From an uncultured Methanomicrobiaceae archaeon (lineage in GTDB: Archaea > Halobacteriota > Methanomicrobia > Methanomicrobiales > Methanoculleaceae), in contig CAWGXH010000004.1 of the NCBI GenBank assembly GCA_963826525.1, positions 1,696,001 through 1,760,000 on the forward strand: a stretch of DNA of 64,000 nucleotides, in the 5' to 3' direction. The position numbers were made by a program, and so were the translations under genes. Below the pieces are notes generated by a model, which saw only the letters and a program-made list of their open reading frames with translations, was not told the origin of the DNA and ran no database searches. Positions 55,842 through 64,000 of the stretch are shown in pieces. Position 1 is the first letter of the stretch; every line of letters begins with the position of its first letter.

Positions 55842-56789
55842 TTATGCGAGGAGGGTGTACTGCGGTGCCAGCCTCCCGAGGACGAGGAGCGAGTAGTGGC
55901 GCAGGAAGGTGACGAACGGCACCTGTATGAGGAGTGCTGTGGGGATAGCGATGATGAGGTAGGGGATGAGCAGGACCAGAAGGGCTGCGATGTTCTGGAC
56001 CGCGAGGGCGAGCAGGACAACCCCGATGAGGACGAAGGGTATGGCGATGACGGCCATGGCGAGGATGATGAGTATCGCCTCGACGATCGCTGCGAGAACC
56101 GCGATGATGAGCCTGACGATGATGTAGACGACTGTCTGCAGCACCTGTGACGATAGTACCGGCCAGAGGCGCCGCCATGCGGCGATGACGCCGCAGTCGT
56201 CATGGAGCATGATGGGGACGACGAAATCGACGGTGAGCTGGATGACCACGCCGAAGACGAGGGCCACCAGGATGGCGGCGGGAATGAGAGCCAGGAGGAG
56301 AAGGGAGTACGATATCCCGAGTGAACCGCCCTGCAGGATCAGGGGAGCGAAGATGGCGAGGAAGATTGCGGCCATGGCGAGCAGCATGAGGACCAAAAGC
56401 GCCAGCTGGAAGAGAAAGAGCCGCGCCCCTTTCCCGAGGTGCTTCATGAAGAGCGGCGTCAGCCGGAAAGACCGGGTGGCAAGACTCTCGACGAAGACGA
56501 ACTGAACCGTCGCGCTGACGAACATGAAGATGAGCGCGAGGATCAGAACGAGAGCGATGAGGCCGAAGACGAGCGGCGCGAAACCGTCGAATCCTCCGAC
56601 CATAGGGGCGGAGTAGTCGTCTCCGGAGAAGGAGTACTGAAAGACGTTCGGGAAACTGAAGCCTCCGCCGACGAAGAGGGCAATAACCGCGAGGCGGAGC
56701 CATATTCCCCAGTTTATAGGCCAGAGAAGATCCTTTGTGCGATTCAGCGTCCCATCGAGTTCATCGAATGCATAGGTGTCGTCTGCCAT
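55842..56789 (-). CDS. multi-pass hypothetical membrane protein
   Basis: WLRLAVIALFVGG and several long hydrophobic helices. Confidence 0.8.
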   Translation of the reverse strand: MADDTYAFDELDGTLNRTKDLLWPINWGIWLRLAVIALFVGGGFSFPNVFQYSFSGDDYSAPMVGGFDGFAPLVFGLIALVLILALIFMFVSATVQFVFVESLATRSFRLTPLFMKHLGKGARLFLFQLALLVLMLLAMAAIFLAIFAPLILQGGSLGISYSLLLLALIPAAILVALVFGVVIQLTVDFVVPIMLHDDCGVIAAWRRLWPVLSSQVLQTVVYIIVRLIIAVLAAIVEAILIILAMAVIAIPFVLIGVVLLALAVQNIAALLVLLIPYLIIAIPTALLIQVPFVTFLRHYSLLVLGRLAPQYTLLA

Positions 56790-56938
56790 GTAGATCGGAA
56801 GAAGATCATATCTCTCACCGGTTAAGCATTCTGGAACCGCACCGCCGCCCTTTAGGTATGTTGCTCCTGGGGGTATTTTCCACGCTTCAGGCCGAAATCC
56901 AACACCTTAATGTGGACGTTTCACCACATATACATCAG

Positions 56939-57565
56939 ATGATCCCTCTCATGCTTGATCTTACGGGCAGGGCTGTACTCATTTTCGGAGGGGGGGAGGT
57001 CGGAGCTCGAAAAGCCGCGTTCTTTCGTCATGAGGCAGACGTGACGGTGGTTAGCCGTTCTTTTGCACCGGCATTCGACGATCTTGCGGTACGGCGGCGT
57101 CGGATGGATCTTGCCGAGATTCCGGACGACGACCTTGAGAGGCTGGTCGAGGGTGTCTTCCTCGTCGTGGCTGCGACCCCCGACACCGGACTGAACGACC
57201 GGATCGGCAGCATCTGCAGGAGAAGGGGGATTCACTTCAACAATGCGGCAGGAGAGCGAGGAGATGCGCTGATCCCGTCGGTGATCCGGGGACGGCACTA
57301 CCTGATGGCGATAACCACCTTCGGGATGAGCCCTGCCGTGCCGCGGTATATACGGATGAGGCTTGAGGACGAGTATGGAGAACTGGACGGTATGATCGAG
57401 CTGCAGGGAGAACTGCGAGCCATGCTGAAAGAGACCGAGCCGTCGCAGGAGAAGCGGTCGGCGGCACTCTGGAGCGTCCTCGCCGACGAGGAGGTCTGGG
57501 CGGCTCTTGCGTCCGATTATGCCGACGCCCGGCGGATTGCACAAGAGAGGTATCTGCGTGCCTGA
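56939..57565 (+). CDS. sirC: precorrin-2 dehydrogenase (SirC/CysG N-terminal type)
   Basis: IFGGGEVGARK, AITTFGMSPAV; first gene of hem operon. Confidence 0.88.
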   Translation: MIPLMLDLTGRAVLIFGGGEVGARKAAFFRHEADVTVVSRSFAPAFDDLAVRRRRMDLAEIPDDDLERLVEGVFLVVAATPDTGLNDRIGSICRRRGIHFNNAAGERGDALIPSVIRGRHYLMAITTFGMSPAVPRYIRMRLEDEYGELDGMIELQGELRAMLKETEPSQEKRSAALWSVLADEEVWAALASDYADARRIAQERYLRA

Positions 57566-58832
57566 ATCGACCTTCTCACCGCTCGCGCTTGCGGGCGTAA
57601 ACCACCACACCGCCGATATCGCCACGCTCGAGCGGTTCCGTTTTCCGGACGAGGATGAGTTCCTCCGGCTTGCCCGGGCATATTTCAAGGGCGCCCTGAT
57701 CCTCCAGACCTGCAACCGGGTGGAGGTCGTGGTGCAGGGAGAGGGTGCGGCGCTCATGGAGTTTCTGCAGGAGCAGGGCAGAGGAGGTTTCTTCATCCTT
57801 GAAGGGGCGGATGTCACTCGGCACCTCCTCGAGCTCGCCTCCGGTGTCGACTCCATGATCGTCGGCGAAGACCAGATCCTCGGTCAGCTTAAAAAAGCGC
57901 TCTCCATTTCACAAACGACCGGTGCCTGCAGCACGCTCATCGAGCTCTGCGTCAACAAGGCCGTCCACGTCGGTGTCCGCGTCCGTCGGCAGACGGAGAT
58001 CAACCGGGGCGCCGTCTCCATAGGCTCTGCGGCGGTGACGCTCGCGGAGAAACTCCTCGGGAGCCTGAAAGACCGGCATATCCTCGTCGTGGGGACGGGT
58101 GAGATGGGGATGCTCGTGGCGCAGGCGCTTGCCGCAAAGGATCTGACCGCCATCTACGTCACCAACCGCACCCCCCGGCGTGCGGAGATTCTCGCCGGGA
58201 AGATCGGTGGGAAGGCGGTCAAGTTTGACGATATCTACCGGTACGTCGCCCTTTCGGATGTCGTGATCTCCTGCACCGCCGCGCCGCACCCGGTGATCCA
58301 CGCTAGAGAGATCCGGGCGGTGATGGAGGAGCGGCTCTGGCCGCTCGATCTCCATCCACGCCACCTCATCCTGATCGATATCGCCCAGCCGCGGGATGTG
58401 GAGGACGAAGTCCGGTCGATCGACGGCGTGCACCTCTTTACCATCGACGATCTCCGTGAAGTGAGCGATACGAACTTAAACTCCCGTAAAGCGGAGGCGG
58501 AACGGGCGCGGGGGATACTGGACGAAGAACTCGACCAGTTCGTGCGCCAGATAAAACGGGCGGCGGCAGACGAGACGCTCGGCCTCCTCTATACATGGGC
58601 GGAGTCGATCCGGATACGGGAGCGCGACCGCGCGCTGCACCGTCTCGGGGCAGCCGATCCCCGGGTTGTCTCCGTCGTCGACGACCTGACCCGGTCGGTG
58701 ATAAAAAAACTCCTCTCGGATATGACCGTCGCCATCCGGTCGAGCGCCGAGTGCGGCGATCTGACCACGGCGGAAGCCCTTGTACGGGCGATGACTCAAG
58801 GTGAACCAGTATGTTTCCCACGCGACGAATGA
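57558..58832 (+). CDS. hemA: glutamyl-tRNA reductase
   Basis: QTCNRVE, SMIVGEDQILGQ, GTGEMG, DIAQPRDVE. Confidence 0.95.
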   Translation: MPESTFSPLALAGVNHHTADIATLERFRFPDEDEFLRLARAYFKGALILQTCNRVEVVVQGEGAALMEFLQEQGRGGFFILEGADVTRHLLELASGVDSMIVGEDQILGQLKKALSISQTTGACSTLIELCVNKAVHVGVRVRRQTEINRGAVSIGSAAVTLAEKLLGSLKDRHILVVGTGEMGMLVAQALAAKDLTAIYVTNRTPRRAEILAGKIGGKAVKFDDIYRYVALSDVVISCTAAPHPVIHAREIRAVMEERLWPLDLHPRHLILIDIAQPRDVEDEVRSIDGVHLFTIDDLREVSDTNLNSRKAEAERARGILDEELDQFVRQIKRAAADETLGLLYTWAESIRIRERDRALHRLGAADPRVVSVVDDLTRSVIKKLLSDMTVAIRSSAECGDLTTAEALVRAMTQGEPVCFPRDE

Positions 58833-59794
58833 GACGGCTCCGGCGGAGGACTATTCAGCCTCTGCTAAACGAGACGATGCTCTCGAAGAAAGACCTGATC
58901 GCTCCGATCTTTGTTGACGAATCGATTGAGGAACCACAGCTCATCGGATCGATGCCCGGCCAGTACCGCCACCCTGTCGACGGCGTTTCAAGGTACGTCC
59001 GGAGGCTTCGGGATGCCGGTATCCGTGCGGTGATCCTCTTCGGGATACCCGGAAGGAAAGACTGCGATGCAACCGGGGCGTATGCCTCGGGCGGCGTCGT
59101 CCAGAGGGCTGTCAGGGCGATCAAGGCCACCGTGCCGGATATGGTGATCTGCACCGACCTCTGCGCCTGCGAGTACACCGATCATGGTCACTGCGGTATC
59201 GTCGGGGAGACCTGCGACGGCCCCGACCTTTTGAACGACCCCTCTCTCGACCTGATGGCGAAGATCGCCGTCAGCCAGGCGGAGAGCGGGGCCGACGTCG
59301 TCGCGCCGTCCTGCATGCTCGACGGCATGGTGCAGGCGATCCGGGAAGCGCTCGATGCCGCCGGATATCAGGACGTCCTGATCATGTCCTACTCCACGAA
59401 GTTTTCGAGCGCGCTCTATGGGCCGTTCCGGGATGCGGCAGGCTCCGGGTACGCTTTCGGCGACCGGAGCACCTACCAGATGAACCCGGGCAACGCCCGC
59501 GAGGCGTATATGGAGTCGGCGCTCGATGCTGACGAAGGTGCGGACATCCTGATGGTCAAACCGGCAGGACTGTACCTGGACGTCCTCGCCTCGCTCACGT
59601 CGCTCGGGCTTCCGGTCGCCGCTTACCAGGTCAGCGGCGAGTATGCCCAGATCAAGGCTGCCGCCGAGCGGGGCTGGATAGACGAGCGTGCCGTGGTGAT
59701 GGAGAGCCTGCTCTGCATCAAACGGGCGGGGGCGGATCTCATTCTGACATATTTTGCCGAAGACGCAGCGAGGTGGCTTGATGAAGAGCAGTGA
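58811..59794 (+). CDS. hemB: porphobilinogen synthase
   Basis: [31 protein letters not shown]. Confidence 0.96.
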   Translation: MFPTRRMRRLRRRTIQPLLNETMLSKKDLIAPIFVDESIEEPQLIGSMPGQYRHPVDGVSRYVRRLRDAGIRAVILFGIPGRKDCDATGAYASGGVVQRAVRAIKATVPDMVICTDLCACEYTDHGHCGIVGETCDGPDLLNDPSLDLMAKIAVSQAESGADVVAPSCMLDGMVQAIREALDAAGYQDVLIMSYSTKFSSALYGPFRDAAGSGYAFGDRSTYQMNPGNAREAYMESALDADEGADILMVKPAGLYLDVLASLTSLGLPVAAYQVSGEYAQIKAAAERGWIDERAVVMESLLCIKRAGADLILTYFAEDAARWLDEEQ

Positions 59795-61028
59795 TTATTA
59801 CGAACGGGCGAAGACGCTGATGCCGGGGGGCGTCAGCAGCCCTGTACGCGCCATCAGACCGTATCCGTTCTACACGACCGGTGCGGCGGGCTCACGGTTG
59901 GCGACGGCGGACGGTACCGATCTTATCGACTGCTGTCTTGGTTTCGGGCCGCTGATACTCGGGCATGCGCATCCCGGGATTCGCGAGGCGATCGAGCGGC
60001 AGCTTCTGTCAGGGTGGTTGTACGGAACACCCACACCGCTTGAGATCGACCTTGCCGGGCTGATTATCGGCGACCATCCCGGCCTTGACATGATCCGTTT
60101 CGTCTCTTCGGGATCCGAGGCGACGATGTCCGCCATCCGGCTCGCCCGGGGGTATACCGGGAAGAAGGATATCGTCAAGGTCGAAGGCGGGTTTCACGGA
60201 GCGCACGATGCGGTGCTGGTGAAAGCGGGTTCCGGTGCCACCACGCTCGGGATCCCGAACTCGGCCGGCGTGCTCCCCGAGCTCGCCCTGCATACCCGGC
60301 AGGTGCCGTTCAACGACCCCGAGGCGCTCGAGACCCTGCTCTCCGCGAACGAGGATATCGCCGCGTTTATCATCGAACCGGTCATGGGGAATATCGGCCT
60401 CATCCTCCCCGATGCAGGCTACCTTGCGGCGGTCAGGGAGATCACCGCCGCCCATGACGTTCTCCTCATCTTCGACGAGGTGATCACCGGATACCGGGTC
60501 GGTATCGGGGGTGCGCAGGCTGCCTACGGCGTGAGACCCGACCTCTCGACCTTCGGCAAGATCATCGGCGGTGGGCTCCCCATCGGCGCATTCGGCGGGC
60601 GGCGGGAGATCATGGAGATGATCGCACCTTTAGGCCCGGTCTACCAGGCAGGCACCTTCAGCGGCAACCCGCTAAGCCTCGCCGCAGGGATAGCAACTAT
60701 CCGGTACCTCCACGCACACAGCGACCTCTACCGGAGGATGGACGAGGCTACGCGGGCGATAGATGAAGCGATCCCGAAGAACGGCCGGGGTTCGTTCGTC
60801 AAACTCGGTTCGATGTTCAAGTACTACTTCCGCCCGGAAGCGCCGCGGGACTACCGGCAGGTGCAGGAGTGCGATACCGCGGCCTTCGGAAGGTTCTGGA
60901 AGGGCATGCTCGATGCGGGAGTATTCCTCCCTGCTTCGCAGTTCGAGACGAACTTCCTCTCTGCCGTGCACACGAATCAGGATGTCGACCAGATTATAGC
61001 GGCGTATGTGAAATGTCTGTCAGAATAG
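59781..61028 (+). CDS. hemL: glutamate-1-semialdehyde 2,1-aminomutase
   Basis: [31 protein letters not shown]. Confidence 0.96.
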   Translation: MKSSDYYERAKTLMPGGVSSPVRAIRPYPFYTTGAAGSRLATADGTDLIDCCLGFGPLILGHAHPGIREAIERQLLSGWLYGTPTPLEIDLAGLIIGDHPGLDMIRFVSSGSEATMSAIRLARGYTGKKDIVKVEGGFHGAHDAVLVKAGSGATTLGIPNSAGVLPELALHTRQVPFNDPEALETLLSANEDIAAFIIEPVMGNIGLILPDAGYLAAVREITAAHDVLLIFDEVITGYRVGIGGAQAAYGVRPDLSTFGKIIGGGLPIGAFGGRREIMEMIAPLGPVYQAGTFSGNPLSLAAGIATIRYLHAHSDLYRRMDEATRAIDEAIPKNGRGSFVKLGSMFKYYFRPEAPRDYRQVQECDTAAFGRFWKGMLDAGVFLPASQFETNFLSAVHTNQDVDQIIAAYVKCLSE

Positions 61029-61897
61029 GTACACGGGGCAGCGCTCTTGCGCTGGTGCAGACGGAACGGGTCTGCAGAATGCTCGCCGACCGGGATATCG
61101 AAGTGGAGACGTTCGTCATCAGTACGGAAGGGGACACGACTACGGGCGTCCCGCTCCACGAGATCGGCGGACAGGGCGTCTTTGTCAGGGCACTCGACGA
61201 ATCCATTCTCCAGGGTGATGTCGACCTTGCCGTCCACAGTATGAAGGATATCCCTGCTGCCCGCCCCGCAGGGCTTACGCTCGGTGCGGTGCTGGAGCGA
61301 GACTCCCCGGCGGATTTCCTCGCATACGAAGGATCGATCGACGATGTCCGGGCGGTAGGTTCGTCGAGCACCCGGCGTCGTGCCCAGCTCCTCCGGTTCG
61401 ATCCTTCGATCACGGTCAAACCGCTTCGCGGCAACGTCGATACCCGGATCCGGAAGCTCCGGGAGAAGCAGTACGACGCCATTGTCCTTGCGGAGGCGGG
61501 TATCGAGCGGCTCGGGTACCACCTGCAAGGAGATCGGCTCCCGGTTCGCGAGTTCGTTCCGTCACCGAATCAGGGGGCGATCGCCGTCGTCTGCCGGGAT
61601 GACCCGTCTCTTGTCGAGACGCTCTCGTTCCTCGATCACGCCGCGACACGGTTCGACGTCGAGATCGAGCGAGCGGTCATGGAAGAGGTGGGCGGGGGAT
61701 GCTTCACCCCGCAGGGGATCTACTGCCGGGACGGCGACCTGATCGCGGAGGTGCTCGCGCTCGACGGAACACGCTTCGAACGCGTTGAGCAGCAGATCAG
61801 GACGCTCGACGAGGCGCGGGAGTGCGGGCGGTCGCTCCGAACCGTCTCCGAAGACCTGATCCGGGATGCATACGAAACACTGGGGATATCACGATGA
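61013..61897 (+). CDS. hemC: hydroxymethylbilane synthase
   Basis: [27 protein letters not shown]. Confidence 0.95.
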   Translation: MSVRIGTRGSALALVQTERVCRMLADRDIEVETFVISTEGDTTTGVPLHEIGGQGVFVRALDESILQGDVDLAVHSMKDIPAARPAGLTLGAVLERDSPADFLAYEGSIDDVRAVGSSSTRRRAQLLRFDPSITVKPLRGNVDTRIRKLREKQYDAIVLAEAGIERLGYHLQGDRLPVREFVPSPNQGAIAVVCRDDPSLVETLSFLDHAATRFDVEIERAVMEEVGGGCFTPQGIYCRDGDLIAEVLALDGTRFERVEQQIRTLDEARECGRSLRTVSEDLIRDAYETLGISR

Positions 61898-62637
61898 GCG
61901 GAAAGGCATATCTGGTCGGGTCAGGCCCCGGGAGTTCCGGGCTTCTGACCCTGCGGGCGCGGGAAGTCATCGACGCGGCCGACGTGGTGCTCTACGATCA
62001 GCTTCCGGGCGAGGAGATCCTATCGACGCTTCCTGGCGGTGCGGAGCTGATCGACTGCGGGAAGTACGGCAGCAGCCATACTCTCGAGCAGCATGAGATC
62101 GAAGATCTGATGGTCGCCCGCGTCAGGGAAGGAAAGACGGTCGTCCGCCTGAAAGGAGGCGATCCGTTCCTCTTCGGACGCGGCGGCGAAGAGGTCGAGG
62201 TGCTGCGCGAACACGGTATAGCGGTGGAGGTTGTCCCGGGGATAACAAGTGCCATCGCCGTGCCGGAGTGCGTGGGAATCCCGGTCACGCACCGGAAGTA
62301 CGCCTCGCAGGTGACGATCCTCACCGGCCACGAGGATCCGACAAAGCCCGAATCGGCTCTGAACTGGGAACTCCTCGCCCGGAGCGCGGGGACGCTCGTC
62401 ATCCTGATGGGTGTTAAGAACCTGCCGGTGATCGCGTCGGCGCTCGTTGCGGGCGGGAAAGATCCTGCCACCCCGGTCGCCGTCATCGAGCGCGGGATGC
62501 GCCCCGACCAGCGCGTCACGGTCGGGACGCTCGAGACGATCGTCGGATGCTGCCGGGAGGCAGGTGTCCGCCCGCCCGCCGTCATCGTCATCGGCGGCGT
62601 AGTAAACCTCTACGACGGTTCTTTCGTTCCGGAGTAG
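61894..62637 (+). CDS. cobA: uroporphyrinogen-III C-methyltransferase
   Basis: [29 protein letters not shown]. Confidence 0.94.
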   Translation: MSGKAYLVGSGPGSSGLLTLRAREVIDAADVVLYDQLPGEEILSTLPGGAELIDCGKYGSSHTLEQHEIEDLMVARVREGKTVVRLKGGDPFLFGRGGEEVEVLREHGIAVEVVPGITSAIAVPECVGIPVTHRKYASQVTILTGHEDPTKPESALNWELLARSAGTLVILMGVKNLPVIASALVAGGKDPATPVAVIERGMRPDQRVTVGTLETIVGCCREAGVRPPAVIVIGGVVNLYDGSFVPE

Positions 62638-62806
62638 AATCTTCGAGTTCCTTTTTTTCTTCCCGCTCGGGGATTCATTGCCTGACGCAATCCTGCTGCT
62701 CTTCATCGCTGCGGTGCGTCTTTTGGGAGTCAATCCTGCCCTGCGTGGTGCACCGAGATCTTATACAGGCGTACATCCCACGTACCTTTCAACGGATACG
62801 ATGTTC

Positions 62807-64000
62807 ATGCGGAGTGAGACTGTTAAAAAAGGCTACCAGAGAGCGCCGAACCGATCGCTGCTCCGGTCGCTCGGGGTGACGGATAAGGAGATGGATCTCC
62901 CGTTCATCGGTGTTGCGAACGCCTGGAACACGATCGTCCCGGGGCACATACACCTCCGGTCGGTCGCCGCGAAGGTGAACGAAGGGATCGTTGCGGCAGG
63001 CGGCGTTCCCTTTGAGTTCGGGACGATCGGGATCTGCGACGGCATCGCGATGGGGCACGAGGGGATGCGCTACTCCCTCCCGTCGCGGGAGAATATCGCC
63101 GACTCGATCGAGCTGATGGTCGAGGCGCACCGGTTCGACGGCCTCGTCTGCGTCGGCACCTGCGACAAGATCGTTCCCGGGATGCTGATGGCCGCGGCCC
63201 GCTGCAACATCCCGGCGGTCGTCGTCACCGGCGGGCCGATGCTCCCCGGCTACCTGGACGGGCGCGACCTCTCGCTCATCGATGTCTTCGAGGGTGTCGG
63301 GAAGGTCGCCGCCGGCGTGATGGGGGAGGACGAGCTCTGCGAACTCGAGTGTGCTGCGATGCCGGGGTGCGGCAGCTGCCAGGGGCTCTATACCGCAAAT
63401 ACCATGGCGTGCATGACCGAGGCGGTCGGCATGAGCCTCCCCGGGTGTGCCGCAACCCCGGCGGTGGATGCGGGCAAACTCCGGATTGCACGGGCGAGCG
63501 GCGAACGCGTCGTCGAACTCGTCAGGGAGGATATCCGGCCGCGCTCGATCATCACGCTCGAGAGCCTGAAGAACGCGATTCGAGTGGATATGGCGCTCGG
63601 CGGGTCGACGAACACCGTCCTTCACCTGATGGCGATAGCCCGGGAGGCGGAGGTGCCCCTCGACCTTGAGACCTTCAACGCTCTCGCCGAGCAGACGCCG
63701 CATATCTGCCACATGCAGCCCGCAGGGCCGCACTCGATGCTCGCGCTCCACCGGGTGGGCGGCATCCCTGCGGTTCTGCGGGAACTTCGCCCATACCTCG
63801 AAGACTCTCCGACCGTGGCGGGGAAAAGCATCCTTGCCATCGCCCGGGAGGCGAAGGAGGCCGACGGCGATGTCTTAAAGACCGTCGCAGGGCCGGTCAG
63901 CCCTGCCGGCGGCCTGAAGATCCTCTCCGGCTCGCTCGCCCCCGACGGTGCCGTCGTGAAGTGCGCCGCCGTGATGGAGTCGATGTGGCGGCACCAGGGG
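62807..64000 (+). CDS. ilvD: dihydroxy-acid dehydratase (runs off window)
   Basis: Manual translation [19 protein letters not shown]..., [41 protein letters not shown]. Confidence 0.95.
   Translation, partial: MRSETVKKGYQRAPNRSLLRSLGVTDKEMDLPFIGVANAWNTIVPGHIHLRSVAAKVNEGIVAAGGVPFEFGTIGICDGIAMGHEGMRYSLPSRENIADSIELMVEAHRFDGLVCVGTCDKIVPGMLMAAARCNIPAVVVTGGPMLPGYLDGRDLSLIDVFEGVGKVAAGVMGEDELCELECAAMPGCGSCQGLYTANTMACMTEAVGMSLPGCAATPAVDAGKLRIARASGERVVELVREDIRPRSIITLESLKNAIRVDMALGGSTNTVLHLMAIAREAEVPLDLETFNALAEQTPHICHMQPAGPHSMLALHRVGGIPAVLRELRPYLEDSPTVAGKSILAIAREAKEADGDVLKTVAGPVSPAGGLKILSGSLAPDGAVVKCAAVMESMWRHQG

Noticed and set aside
62789-63751. 320-aa minus-strand ORF and similar antisense ORFs (43044-44363, 28023-29138, 4036-5076)
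   Set aside because: Antisense shadows of real genes with high GC3

Overview
GC-rich archaeal chromosomal segment, most consistent with a Methanomicrobiales methanogen (pth2, truD, Hef, archaeal-type glyS, UPF0147/UPF0148, geranylgeranyl reductase, gyrAB, BRE/TATA promoters, GGTGA-type RBS). Both ends are housekeeping: truD-pth2, GGR, a Ni/Co ECF transporter, gyrBA, hef and glyS on the left; tRNA-Gly(GCC), trkA/prsW/trkH, the sirC-hemA-hemB-hemL-hemC-cobA operon and partial ilvD on the right. The middle (about 16-52 kb) is accessory-like: rhodanese, an orphan degenerate SLOG + 2xSLATT membrane protein, a pst/phoU cluster with a PstC-PstA fusion and no pstS, Clp1-like kinase, a ~13 kb block of exported proteins (three tandem helical-bundle + DUF4352-like paralogs, subtilisin-PKD, a very acidic Cys-rich beta-helix protein with a membrane-anchored partner, a FAS1 + 2x chagasin protein), a peptide-deformylase-like protein and an NHLRC2-like Trx-NHL protein. 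About 15 genes, including gyrA and gyrB, are broken by single-base indels, most likely sequencing/assembly errors. I found no CRISPR array, rRNA, transposase or integrase. Best leads: the exported-protein locus, the SLOG-SLATT effector, and an unannotated promoter plus long hairpin (candidate sRNA) at ~19.97-20.08 kb. All family assignments are from motif recognition by eye, not database searches.
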